Origin: Nitrospirota bacterium
GTDB lineage: Bacteria > Nitrospirota > UBA9217
Length of the DNA stretch: 64,000 nt
Reading direction: 5' to 3'
Assembly (NCBI GenBank): GCA_021814615.1
Contig: JAKAHZ010000003.1
Coordinates: forward strand, 6,615-70,614
Below are positions 34,760 through 44,413 of this stretch, in pieces. Under the pieces are notes generated by a model. The model was not told the DNA's origin. It ran no database searches and worked only from the letters and a program-made list of their open reading frames with translations. The position numbers and the translations under genes were made by a program. Positions within the stretch are counted from its first letter, which is position 1. Every line of letters begins with the position of its first letter.

Positions 34760-36169
34760 ATGAAAGATTACGATGTCATCATCATCGGCTCCGGCGCAGG
34801 AGCGAACCTGATCGGCGACGTGCTGGAACACAACCGCACGCTTGCCCTTGTCGACAAGGGACCCGCGGGCGGCACCTGCCTGAACACGGGCTGAATTCCC
34901 ACGAAGCTCTTGGTCTATCCGGCGGATAGACTGATGGAGATCCGGGAGGCGGGCAAGTTCGGCATAACCGCCGAGATCGGGAAGATCGATTTCCGGGCGA
35001 TCATGGAGCATATGGCAGCCCACGTGCGGAAGAGCCACGACCCCATGCAGAAGGCGCTCGACGAAGCCGAGGATTTCGATTACTACGGTGGCGAGGCCCA
35101 GTTCACGGGAGAGTCCGTTCTGTCCGTGAAGGGGCAGGAGATCCGGGGGAAGACGATCATCATCGCCGCCGGCGCCCGGCCCCTGGTCCCGCAGGTGAAG
35201 GGCATCGAGACCGTCGAATACCTGACCAACGAAAGCGCGCTCCGTTTGACCGCGCTGCCGGAGAGCATGGTCATTATCGGCGGCGGGTATATCGCCGTGG
35301 AGTTCGCCCATTTCTTCGAAGCCATGGGCACGAAGGTGACGATCGTGCAGCGCAACAAGCAACTCGTTCCCGAGGAGGAACCGGAGGTGGCGGAGCTCCT
35401 GAAAAAAGCGCTGTCCCGGCGCATGAAGGTCTATACGGATACCGAGGCGGTGGAAGTGAAACAGAGCGGCCCGGTCGTGACCGTCACGGCAAGGGAGCGA
35501 TCGGGCGGCAAGCAGATCGAGATCACGGCGGGCCGCCTGCTGCTCGCCGCCGGCAGGAGGCCGAACTCCGACAACCTCATGGTCGAGCGGGCGGGCATCA
35601 AGACCGACGCGAAGGGGTTCATCGTGGTCGACGAGTTCTACGAAACATCGAAGAAGAATATCTGGGCCTTCGGCGACATTATCGGCAAGAAGATGTTCCG
35701 GCATACGGCGAATCACGAGGCCGAGCTGGTGTTCCACAACGTCACGCACGGAAAGAAGTCGCGAATGAACTATCTCACCGTGCCGCATGCGGTCTTCTCC
35801 TGGCCCGAGATCGCCTCCGTGGGCCTCACCGAAGCCGAGGCGGTCAAGATCATGGGCAAGGACGAGGTCATGGTCGGCAAGGCGCAGTACACCGACGTGG
35901 CCCGCGGGGAGGCCATGCGCGAGACCGAGGGCTTCGCCAAAGCCGTGGTGCACAGGAAGACAGGCAAGGTGCTGGGGTACCACATCATCGGGCCGCAGGC
36001 GTCGGTCCTGATCCAGGAAGTGGTGAATGCCATGGCCAACGACGGGAACCTCTGGTCAGTCGCCAAGGGCATCCACATCCATCCTGCGCTGTCCGAGGTT
36101 GTGCTGAAGGCCTTCGGCAAGCTTCGGCCTGTGGGAGAAGAGAAGGAACATCACCACCATCATCACTGA
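34760..36169 (+). CDS. Class-I pyridine nucleotide-disulfide oxidoreductase (Lpd/MerA/GR-like), candidate selenoprotein with in-frame UGA at 34892-34894
   Basis: One frame throughout: DVIIIGSGAGA...GGTCLNTG-[TGA]-IPTKLL, a second Rossmann fold MVIIGGGYIAVEFAHFF, the HIHPALSE dyad, and a C-terminal HHHHHH. Confidence 0.7.
34913..34931 (+). promoter_or_regulatory. Candidate bacterial SECIS apical hairpin
   Basis: GTCTATCC-GGC-GGATAGAC, a perfect 8-bp stem starting 18 nt after the UGA, with a G-rich loop about 29 nt from the UGA. Confidence 0.45.
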
Positions 36170-36220
36170 TGATGTGAACGACGCAAGTACGTCGTTTCGA
36201 ACGGAAACGGAGAACCACCG

Positions 36221-37027
36221 GTGAAGAACATCCTGAAGACCCTCTGCATCATCTGCTTCCTGCTCGCCCTCCTGACGGCTGCGGCGACGGCTGCCGAGAC
36301 GGCCGCAAACGCAGCGGGAGGCGCTCCGTCCACATTTCCCACGCTTGGCGAATATCTGGGCGATATCCCCCAGGATATGACCGGCGGCACGGCGACGATA
36401 TTCTCCCGCGAGAACGTGCCGCTTGCCATGATGGGAGCCGCGGCAACGATCGTCGCCTTCACCATCGACCGGGATACGCAGTCCTATTTCCGCGACACGA
36501 AGCCGCTCGGCAGCAAGTACAAGACGGGCAACAAGATCGGCGAGGGAACGACGCTTGCCGGCGTCGTGGTCGGCATGTTCGCCGTCGGCGAGATCGCGGG
36601 GAACGTGAAGCTGACGGACACGTCGGTTGCTTCCGCCGAGGCAGGGGCGGTCGATCTTGTGGCCACGGAAGCGATCAAGTATGCCGCGCACCGGAAGCGG
36701 CCGAGCGGGTCGAACAACATGTCCTTTCCGTCCGGCCACACCTCGGGCACGGCCACGCTTGCAGCGACGATCTCCGAGATGTACGACTGGAACCCTTTCG
36801 TTGCCGTGCCGCTCTATGGGATCACGGCGTTCGTAGGCGCGTCGCGTATCCAGTCCAACCAGCACCATCTCTCCGATGTGGTCGCCGGCGGCGTCCTGGG
36901 GACGATCATCGGCAAGAGCTACGCTTCGTACTTCAAGAAGAAGCGCGCAGGAAGGGGTCGTGCGGTCGCGATCATGCCCTATGTCGACGGCGATGCCAAG
37001 GGCGTCATGGCGTCCCTGGACTTCTGA
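36221..37027 (+). CDS. Secreted PAP2-family acid phosphatase
   Basis: KRPSG, FPSGH and [12 protein letters not shown] motifs. GTG start. Signal peptide. Confidence 0.8.
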   Translation: MKNILKTLCIICFLLALLTAAATAAETAANAAGGAPSTFPTLGEYLGDIPQDMTGGTATIFSRENVPLAMMGAAATIVAFTIDRDTQSYFRDTKPLGSKYKTGNKIGEGTTLAGVVVGMFAVGEIAGNVKLTDTSVASAEAGAVDLVATEAIKYAAHRKRPSGSNNMSFPSGHTSGTATLAATISEMYDWNPFVAVPLYGITAFVGASRIQSNQHHLSDVVAGGVLGTIIGKSYASYFKKKRAGRGRAVAIMPYVDGDAKGVMASLDF

Positions 37028-37285
37028 TCAAGCCAGTATTTCGTTGACTTTACCTGCTGCTCCATGGTATAAACATCCGCTTTTGCGGGATTTGGTTTCG
37101 AACACTTGATCCCCCTCGGTCCCCCGGAAAGAACGGGCGGCGCAGGGGGATTTCTATTGGCGAAAACGAATTTTGCCGAAAGGCGTGAAGACGCCAAATA
37201 AACCGTCGTCTGAACTGGGTTACTTCGGGCCTTGGTGTCTTCGTGGCAGACTGCTCGAACTTGCGGCTTATCAGAAAGGTAGAAC

Positions 37286-39100
37286 ATGAAACGGGAGAAT
37301 CTCAGAAACATCGCCATCATCGCCCACGTGGACCACGGCAAGACTACGCTCGTGGACATGCTGCTCCGGCAGAGCGGCACGTTCCGCGACAACGAGCGCG
37401 TCGCCGAGCGCGTGATGGACAACATCGATCTGGAGCGCGAGCGCGGCATCACGATCATGGCTAAGAACACCGCGGTCTCCTACAACGGCGTGAAGATCAA
37501 TATCGTGGACACGCCGGGCCACGCGGACTTCGGCGGCGAGGTGGAACGGACGCTCAAGATGGTGGACGGCGTGCTCCTGCTCGTCGACGCGTCGGAAGGC
37601 CCGCTGCCGCAAACGCGCTTCGTGCTGAAGAAGGCCCTGGAGCTTGGCCTGCCGCCCATCGTAGTGATCAACAAGATCGACCGGCCCGACGCGCGGGTGC
37701 AGGAAGTGGTGAACGAGGTCTACGACCTCTTCATCGACCTCGATGCGAACGACGTGCAGCTCGAGTTCCCCATCGTCTACGCCATCTCGCGCGACGGCGT
37801 GGCAAAGCTGAATATGGAAGATGAGGCGAAGAACCTGCAACCGCTCTTCGACCTGATCGTGAAGACCATCCCGGCGCCCGAGGGCGACGAGACGGCAACG
37901 CCGCAGGTGCTGGTCACGAACATCGACTACAACGACTACGTGGGCCGGCTCGCCGTGGGCCGCGTCATTGCCGGAACGATCAAGCAGGCGCAGTTCGTGG
38001 GCATCGTGGACCATGCCGGCCAGGTGCGCAAGGTCAAGATCACGAACCTCTACCAGTTCCAGGGCCTGAAGCGCGCGGACGCGGAGAGCGCCACGGTCGG
38101 CGACATCGTTTCCATCGCGGGCATGGAGGGCGTGAACATCGGCGACACGATCACCGATCCCGAGAACCCGAACGCCCTTCCGCGCATCGCCGTGGACGAG
38201 CCCACGATCTCGATCGTCTTTTCCATCAACACCTCGCCCTTCTCGGGCAAGGAAGGCAAGTTCGTCACATCGCGCCATCTGCGCGACCGGCTGGAGAAAG
38301 AGCTGCTCTATAACGTGGCGATCCGCATGGAGCCCATGGAGGCCACGGACAGCTTCAAGGTCATGGGGCGCGGCGAACTGCAGCTGGCTATTCTCATCGA
38401 GATGATGCGGCGGGAAGGCTATGAACTGTCGGTGTCGCAGCCCGAGACGATCACCAAGACCATCGACGGCAGGGTGCACGAGCCCATGGAGAACCTGGTT
38501 ATCGACTGCCCCGAGGAGTTCATCGGCGCGGTGACCCAGAAGCTCGGGACGCGCAAGGGCAGGATGATGAAGATGTCGAACCACGGCCACGGCCGGGTGC
38601 GCATGGAATTCCGCATCCCCTCGCGCGGGCTGATCGGCTTCCGCTCCGAGTTCCTGACGGACACGCGCGGCACGGGCCTGCTGAACCATCTCTTCGACGG
38701 GTACGAGCCCTGGCACGGCACGATCCAGAAGCGCCTGACCGGCGCCCTGGTCGCCGACCGGCCGGGAAAGACCACGACCTACGCGCTCTTCCATCTCCAG
38801 CCGCGCGGCGAGCTCTTCGTGAAGGAGAGCACGCCGGTCTACGAAGGCATGATCGTGGGCGAGCACAACCGCGAGAACGACATCGACGTGAATTGCGTGA
38901 AGGAAAAGAAGCTCACGAACATGCGGGCCTCCGGCGCCGACGAAGCGCTGCATCTGGTGCCGCCGCGGATCCTGTCCCTGGAGCAGGCCATCGAGTTCAT
39001 CAAGGAAGATGAACTGGTGGAGATCACGCCGCTGAGCATTCGTCTTCGCAAGAGAGTGCTGGAAGGGAACAAGCGGCCGAAGCGGGAGAAGGCGGAGTAA
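37286..39100 (+). CDS. typA: Translational GTPase TypA/BipA
   Basis: [23 protein letters not shown] and NKIDR. Full-length 604 aa. Confidence 0.95.
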   Translation: MKRENLRNIAIIAHVDHGKTTLVDMLLRQSGTFRDNERVAERVMDNIDLERERGITIMAKNTAVSYNGVKINIVDTPGHADFGGEVERTLKMVDGVLLLVDASEGPLPQTRFVLKKALELGLPPIVVINKIDRPDARVQEVVNEVYDLFIDLDANDVQLEFPIVYAISRDGVAKLNMEDEAKNLQPLFDLIVKTIPAPEGDETATPQVLVTNIDYNDYVGRLAVGRVIAGTIKQAQFVGIVDHAGQVRKVKITNLYQFQGLKRADAESATVGDIVSIAGMEGVNIGDTITDPENPNALPRIAVDEPTISIVFSINTSPFSGKEGKFVTSRHLRDRLEKELLYNVAIRMEPMEATDSFKVMGRGELQLAILIEMMRREGYELSVSQPETITKTIDGRVHEPMENLVIDCPEEFIGAVTQKLGTRKGRMMKMSNHGHGRVRMEFRIPSRGLIGFRSEFLTDTRGTGLLNHLFDGYEPWHGTIQKRLTGALVADRPGKTTTYALFHLQPRGELFVKESTPVYEGMIVGEHNRENDIDVNCVKEKKLTNMRASGADEALHLVPPRILSLEQAIEFIKEDELVEITPLSIRLRKRVLEGNKRPKREKAE

Positions 39101-39125
39101 ACTGAACACCGGGGAAAATTAATAG

Positions 39126-39152
39126 GGCCGTCTCCTAGGAGACGGCCTTTTT
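39126..39152 (+). terminator. typA rho-independent terminator
   Basis: GGCCGTCTCC-TA-GGAGACGGCC followed by TTTTT. Confidence 0.85.
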
Positions 39153-39165
39153 GTTTGTGCAGGGG
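39137..39165. repeat. Direct repeat copy 1 (29 nt), includes the 3' half of the typA terminator
   Basis: AGGAGACGGCCTTTTTGTTTGTGCAGGGG is identical to 39810-39838. Confidence 0.9.
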
Positions 39166-39216
39166 GGTGGGCGGCGAAGAGTTGAGGGGCGTACCCGCCC
39201 CATCTCGAACGACTGC

Positions 39217-39456
39217 TTAAGCGCTCTTCTGATGTTGCGAAGTGTACCAATCGATGAGTTGACGTATCATCTTTTGATAGGAGGTGTGATGTTTCTTTGC
39301 TTCCTTCTTAAAGAACTCAATACTCGATTTCTTTAGAGCGATTGTCACCTTTATGTTGTCTTCTTTAACGACTAATTGTTCAGGCGGGGGCAGAAAATCA
39401 TTAATAACTTTCAACTTTCCCATTGGTTCCTCTGAATATTTAATTTTGCTCTTCAT
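39217..39456 (-). CDS. brnA: BrnA-type antitoxin
   Basis: KVTIALKKSSIEFFKKEAKKHHTSYQKMIRQLIDWY (RHH-like BrnA C-terminus). Overlaps the brnT stop. Confidence 0.8.
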   Translation of the reverse strand: MKSKIKYSEEPMGKLKVINDFLPPPEQLVVKEDNIKVTIALKKSSIEFFKKEAKKHHTSYQKMIRQLIDWYTSQHQKSA

Positions 39457-39718
39457 ATATCTTCTTTCCTTTCCTCCAATATCCTGCACCGTAAATTCGG
39501 ATGACATGTTCTCTATAGGTGAACCGAACAGTCAATATGCCTTCGCCGACCCGTCCGATGCAATAATATCGATTTTCTTCTGAGCTATGCTCTATATCTT
39601 CGACTATAACACGGCAAGGATCGAGGAAGGCATGCTGAGCAAGCGCGAAAGAAACCTTATGCTTCTTCTGGTTATCCCGATCTTTAGTCTCGTCCCAGTC
39701 GAATCCGGTTTTCTTCAT
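39440..39718 (-). CDS. brnT: BrnT-type toxin (DUF497)
   Basis: FDWDETKDRDNQKKHKVSFALAQHAFLDP...RYYCIGRVGEGILTVRFTYREHVIRIYGAGYWRKG. Confidence 0.85.
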   Translation of the reverse strand: MKKTGFDWDETKDRDNQKKHKVSFALAQHAFLDPCRVIVEDIEHSSEENRYYCIGRVGEGILTVRFTYREHVIRIYGAGYWRKGKKIYEEQN

Positions 39719-39809
39719 CGAGATATTACTTTAACACATTTCTGCGATATGTAGCAATATAAATATATGGGATATTATATGGTTCATTAGTAAGGGCAGT
39801 ACACGATGA

Positions 39810-39838
39810 AGGAGACGGCCTTTTTGTTTGTGCAGGGG
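39810..39838. repeat. Direct repeat copy 2 (29 nt)
   Basis: Identical to 39137-39165, but here the 5' half of the hairpin is absent. Confidence 0.9.
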
Positions 39839-39906
39839 AGATGAGCGCGCCGGTCACGCGCCGCCGTCTGGCGCGTCGCTGTGGACGCGTTCGTTGGTTC
39901 ATCGTT

Positions 39907-40461
39907 TTATCTTTCAGCCGGACTTAGGCCATCGCTGAGCCATGTACCTTTGCGGTCAGCATCTTGCCAGGTAGTCAATCCAGCCTGTCGAAGTCGAAGT
40001 GAAACATCGTAAATTAACCGTCTAATCGCAGAGCCAAGCTCTAATGCGGGCGTTTCGCGTGATATAAGACGTAACGGAAATTCATCATAGAAGTTACTGA
40101 TGGGCACTCCTAATATAAAGGGGATATTCCCTTGTGTCTTTGTCCAAACTAAGAAAGGCCAATATGGGTAATCCGGTTCATGCGGAAAAACGGATGCTGG
40201 CGTAGTGCTCTCGTTTCTTTCAAGAATTATCTCGTTTAACGTCTGCCTAACTTTGATTTTGTTCTTTAGTCTCTGTTGAATAATTGTTCCGAGTTCTTTG
40301 TCAGAGGGGAGCGGGGACAAAATGGTTATTTCGCCATCTATCTCGCTGTTATCTTGAGTAAGTACTCGTACAGAAAAACATAATGTTTCTTCTTTATGAG
40401 AATAGAAGAGGGTAACACAAGGATCATTTGAATCATATATTGGCCTTGGCTCTTTATTCAT
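39907..40461 (-). CDS. Low-GC orphan hypothetical protein (184 aa)
   Basis: ATG 40461. Visibly AT-rich codon usage unlike its neighbours. No recognisable motif. Confidence 0.5.
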   Translation of the reverse strand: MNKEPRPIYDSNDPCVTLFYSHKEETLCFSVRVLTQDNSEIDGEITILSPLPSDKELGTIIQQRLKNKIKVRQTLNEIILERNESTTPASVFPHEPDYPYWPFLVWTKTQGNIPFILGVPISNFYDEFPLRLISRETPALELGSAIRRLIYDVSLRLRQAGLTTWQDADRKGTWLSDGLSPAER

Positions 40462-40621
40462 AGTCGAAACTAACAAGATATTGTCTAGACGCGGAGAAGT
40501 CCCTATCAAATGGACCAAATCCGGACGGCATACGGTATCATAGTTCGCGCAAATCGGTCAAGGAAATATGAATCGGCTGTAGCCGACAAAAAGGTTCATA
40601 TTGTGTCCACGAGAGTCTCAT

Positions 40622-40651
40622 AAAAAAGCGGCCGCTCCTTTCGGAGCGGCC
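40622..40651 (-). terminator. Rho-independent terminator downstream of DoxX
   Basis: On the minus strand: GGCCGCTCC-GAAA-GGAGCGGCC-GC-TTTTTT. Confidence 0.7.
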
Positions 40652-40741
40652 TGAGCTGTACTCCCACCTGGTTGTTCCGCTGCTACTGCATCAAAATCAA
40701 AACCTAACCGACTTCATCCTCCCGCACCCGAGGGAAGAAGC

Positions 40742-41188
40742 CTATTTCTTGTCCGACAGCAGCCTGTCCACCGAAAGCGCGCCGCCTCCCTTGATCATGA
40801 GTGCGACGCCGATCGCGATCACGAGCAGGTGATACTCGTATCCTTCACCCTTCTGGTTCCCGAACCAGTTCATGAAGATGCCGTTCTGAAAGTGCAGCAT
40901 CTTGACGGCCACGATCATGTTGACCGTAATGCCCAGGGCCGCGATGCGGGTCAGGAATCCGCTGATAAGCCCCGCCCAGCCGATCCCTTCGGCCATGATA
41001 GCCAGGAACGCGAAGACTGCGGGGACGCCGAGTTTCTCCGTGAAGAAGCCCATGGTCCCCGAGAAGCCGTAACCGCCGTACAGGGTGGTCAGTTTCTGCA
41101 TCCCGTGAAAGAAAAAAACATATCCGAGGACAAGACGCAGAACCAGCGCCGCAACGTCGTTCTGTGTGTTGATGAGTCTTTTGAACAT
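40742..41188 (-). CDS. DoxX family membrane protein
   Basis: LVLRLVLGYVFFFHGMQKL and four TM helices. GGAGGAG RBS before ATG 41188. Confidence 0.85.
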   Translation of the reverse strand: MFKRLINTQNDVAALVLRLVLGYVFFFHGMQKLTTLYGGYGFSGTMGFFTEKLGVPAVFAFLAIMAEGIGWAGLISGFLTRIAALGITVNMIVAVKMLHFQNGIFMNWFGNQKGEGYEYHLLVIAIGVALMIKGGGALSVDRLLSDKK

Positions 41189-41250
41189 GGCGAACTCCTC
41201 CTTTTCCAATACATCGAATCCCTGAATGACGTGCTTGTATGGCAACGGCC

Positions 41251-41736
41251 TTACGACGGCCGGTCTGTAGTCCTTCCCGAGGCGCGGGCGCCGATCTGGA
41301 GCCCCACCCGCTTGCAGAGCGCCCCGAGCTGCTCCTGCTCCGAGGCGTTCAGAACGCTCATCTCCCGGACGATACGGCCTGCATGTTTCGGGAAAAAGGC
41401 CCTGATCAGCCGCGTTCCCTTGTCCGTGAGCCGGACGGAGAGGTGCCTCCGGTCCTCAGTGTCGCGGATGCGCTCGACGAGCCCGCGTTTTTCCAGGTTG
41501 TCGACGACCATGGTGATATTGCCGGTGCTTTTCAGGATCTTCCGGGCCAGATCCTTCTGGTAGAGGGGGCCGAGGTGGAAGAGGGCTTCCAGGACGCCGA
41601 ACTGGCTGACCGTCAGCTCGATGTTGCCCAGGTGCGATTCCACCCGGGAAGCCACCGAATCCGCGGCGCGAATCAGCTTGATGAAGACGTCCAGCGCCCG
41701 GATCTCTTCCTTGCTGCCTTTGAACTTGGTACCCAT
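41251..41736 (-). CDS. MarR family transcriptional regulator
   Basis: Winged-helix block LTVSQFGVLEALFHLGPLYQKDLARKILKSTGNITMVVDNLEKRGLVERIRDTEDRR. Confidence 0.85.
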   Translation of the reverse strand: MGTKFKGSKEEIRALDVFIKLIRAADSVASRVESHLGNIELTVSQFGVLEALFHLGPLYQKDLARKILKSTGNITMVVDNLEKRGLVERIRDTEDRRHLSVRLTDKGTRLIRAFFPKHAGRIVREMSVLNASEQEQLGALCKRVGLQIGARASGRTTDRPS

Positions 41737-42003
41737 TGCCTGGTCCTGATAAATCAATGCTAAATAGTTAAATCTTAAACTAATGATACCCCCGGAACAC
41801 GGCGGTTGTCAAGGGAGGTAATTCCGAAGGTCGATGTGGTCAAAAACCGTACCAACGATGCGGGAGATCGAGTCTTTACCACGAAGGACGCGAAGGACAC
41901 GAAGAAGCGAGCAAGGGCGGGTACGGTCGTAAAAGACGTTCTTCATGAAGTGGCTGATCAGCTGTTCCTGACGCTGCATGGGCAATGTCGTGCAAGAAGG
42001 GCT

Positions 42004-42762
42004 TCAGATCGTCCCGTTCAGCGTGTACCAGGCACGGTTCAAATACTCGGAAAGCGCGGTGGCGGTGGTTGCGAGGCTGTCCGCGCTGGGCAGGATGTTC
42101 CGGACGGAAGGGGGACGCGTTTCCGCGCGGAAGCCCGTCGGCGCGGGGATCACCGTGAAACCCTCGCGCTGAAACAGGGCGACGGCGCGCTTCATGTGAA
42201 AGGCGGAGGTAACGAGGATAATCGTGGTTCCCTTGAGGATCCTGCGCGTCTCTCCGGCGTTCTCCAGGGTGTTCCGGGACCTGTCTTCAATCAGGATCCT
42301 GTCGGGTTGAATGCCCAGGTCTTCGGCAAGCCGTGTCGATGCGGCTGCTTCGCTCACCGCGCCGGGAGTGATCTCGCCGCTTCCCCCGGAGAAGAGAAGC
42401 GGGATGTCCAACTTCCGCGCGATGACCGCGGCGGCGACGACGCGTTCAAGAGCGTTGGACGAGGGAACAGGGCCGGCAGGAACCCAGGAAAGGTCCCGGA
42501 CGCCGCCGCCCAGGGATACGACGGCGTCTGCATGGAGCGTCCCGGTGTCGTGAAAAGGGGGATAGGCGGATTCGAGCGGCTTGATCAAGAGATCCGCGAC
42601 CGAAGGGACTGAAGCCAGATAGAGGAACACCGTTCCCAGGACCAGGAGCGCCCGACCGGCCTGCGGATTCCTGCGGGAGAGCCAGAAACCCGCGAAGAGG
42701 ATCGCCAGGATGATCGAGGGAGGGGTGAGCAGGATCTGGAGGAGCCGGGTAATGATGAACAT
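42004..42762 (-). CDS. DUF218/YdcF (ElyC-like) protein, last gene of the efflux operon
   Basis: N-terminal TM helices, then VVSLGGG...LLFSGG...SRNTLENA...IILVTSAFHMKRA. Confidence 0.8.
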   Translation of the reverse strand: MFIITRLLQILLTPPSIILAILFAGFWLSRRNPQAGRALLVLGTVFLYLASVPSVADLLIKPLESAYPPFHDTGTLHADAVVSLGGGVRDLSWVPAGPVPSSNALERVVAAAVIARKLDIPLLFSGGSGEITPGAVSEAAASTRLAEDLGIQPDRILIEDRSRNTLENAGETRRILKGTTIILVTSAFHMKRAVALFQREGFTVIPAPTGFRAETRPPSVRNILPSADSLATTATALSEYLNRAWYTLNGTI

Positions 42763-42779
42763 GGTCGAAACCGTTCCGG

Positions 42780-44321
42780 TCAGTGCGCCGCGCCCGGTCC
42801 CGCAGGGCCTTCCGAGCGCTGCATGATGAACACAAGCGGCAGGACGCAGAGAATGAGCACGCAGATGATCAGGAAGGCATCGGTGAAGGCCATGGTGGTG
42901 GATTGGCGGATGAGCTCCCGGTACAGGACCCCGTCCGCCCCCGCCGCCGGAAGCCCCTTGGACTGAAGCATGGCGGTGATCTTTTCGCGCGCCATCTGGT
43001 ATCCCGGATCGAGGGGCGAAAGGTGCTCGACCAGGCGCGTCTGGTGGAACTGGGCCCGGCGCGAAAGTATGGTGGTGGTGAAGGCGATGCCCACGCTGCC
43101 TCCCAGGTTCCGGAGCAGATTGTAGAGCGAAGTCGCTTCGGTCATGTGCTCTTTGGGGATATGGGACAGGGTCAGCGTGGTCAGAGGAATGAAGGTCATG
43201 CCCATGCCGAAGCCGAGCAGTACCCGCGGCCAGACAAAGGTCCAGAAATCCGTCTGGAGCGTGAAGTTCGACATGAGATAAGTGCTCAGGGCGCAGACCG
43301 TGATCCCCACGACCAGGAACCGCTTGGGGTTCACCTTGCCGATAAACTTTCCGACAATGGGCATGGCAAGCATGGTGGCGATGCCGCCGGGACCCAGAAC
43401 GAGCCCCGCGTAGAACGACGTGTAGCCCATGAGCATCTGGAGGAACACGGGCAGAAGCACGATGCTGCCGAAGAGGTTCAGGAAGACGAAGAACATGACC
43501 GTGGCGCCGCTCGTGAATGTCCGGTCCTTGAAGAGCTTGAGGTTCACGATGGGATTCTCGGAATAGTACTCGTTGATGATCAGGACCGTGAGCGAAACGA
43601 GGGAGATGATCGAGAAGATCACGATCAGTTCGGAGTTGAACCAGTCCTCGTTCTCGCCCTTGTCCAGCACGAACTGAAGAGCGCCCAGGCCAAGGGCAAG
43701 AAGCATGAGCCCGAAGTAGTCGATCTTCATTTTCTGGCGCTGCATGTACGGCGGATCCTGGATCACGAGGATGTTCATGATGATCGCGATGATGCCGATG
43801 GGGATGTTGATGTAGAAGATCCAGCGCCACGACAGGCTGTCGGTGATCCAGCCGCCGAGCAGGGGACCCACGATGGGGCCCAGCATGGCCCCGAGGCCGA
43901 AAATGGCCATGGCCTGGCCGTGCTTTTCCCTCGGGAAGCTTTCGAGCAGGATGGACTGGCTGATCGGCACCAGGCCGCCGCCGCCGATGCCCTGGAGGAT
44001 GCGGAAAAAGACGAGGCTGGAGAGACTCCAGGCGGATCCGCACATGAAGGAACTGAACGTGAAGATGGCGATGGAGGCGATCTGGTAGTTCTTCCGGCCG
44101 ATGAGCTTGGCGAACCACGCCGCCATGGGGATGACGATGGCGTTCGACACCAGGTAGGCGGTGATGGTCCAGGTCGCCTCGTCGTAGCCCGCGGAAAGGG
44201 ACCCGCGGATATGGTCGAGCGACACGTTGACGATCGAGGTGTCGATGATCTCGATCAGCGTGGGCAGCATCACCGTGAAGGCGATGAGTGCCCGGCTCGT
44301 TGTCTTGTGCTGGATGCTCAT
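42780..44321 (-). CDS. emrB: DHA2-family MFS multidrug efflux permease (EmrB/QacA type, 14 TMS)
   Basis: LDHIRGSLSAGYDEATWTITAYLVSNAIVIP N-terminus, 513 aa. Confidence 0.9.
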   Translation of the reverse strand: MSIQHKTTSRALIAFTVMLPTLIEIIDTSIVNVSLDHIRGSLSAGYDEATWTITAYLVSNAIVIPMAAWFAKLIGRKNYQIASIAIFTFSSFMCGSAWSLSSLVFFRILQGIGGGGLVPISQSILLESFPREKHGQAMAIFGLGAMLGPIVGPLLGGWITDSLSWRWIFYINIPIGIIAIIMNILVIQDPPYMQRQKMKIDYFGLMLLALGLGALQFVLDKGENEDWFNSELIVIFSIISLVSLTVLIINEYYSENPIVNLKLFKDRTFTSGATVMFFVFLNLFGSIVLLPVFLQMLMGYTSFYAGLVLGPGGIATMLAMPIVGKFIGKVNPKRFLVVGITVCALSTYLMSNFTLQTDFWTFVWPRVLLGFGMGMTFIPLTTLTLSHIPKEHMTEATSLYNLLRNLGGSVGIAFTTTILSRRAQFHQTRLVEHLSPLDPGYQMAREKITAMLQSKGLPAAGADGVLYRELIRQSTTMAFTDAFLIICVLILCVLPLVFIMQRSEGPAGPGAAH

Positions 44322-44413
44322 GGGAAAACCGGGAGGTTGGGACGCGGAGAAGGTGGAAAGCTGGGAACGGACGCGCTCTCAGCTTCTCAACTTCTCATCA
44401 TCGCATCCTCGGA

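Noticed and set aside
36149-36169. His6 tail as evidence of a cloning or expression-vector artefact
   Set aside because: There are no linker, protease-site or vector sequences. Mixed CAT/CAC codons are embedded in native context, followed by a normal intergenic region and the next chromosomal gene.
42004-44118. 704-aa ORF on the minus strand
   Set aside because: It is chimeric. Only the last 252 codons (42004-42762, the DUF218 protein starting MFIITRLL) are real. The upstream part is an out-of-frame read-through of emrB, whose true frame is 42780-44321.
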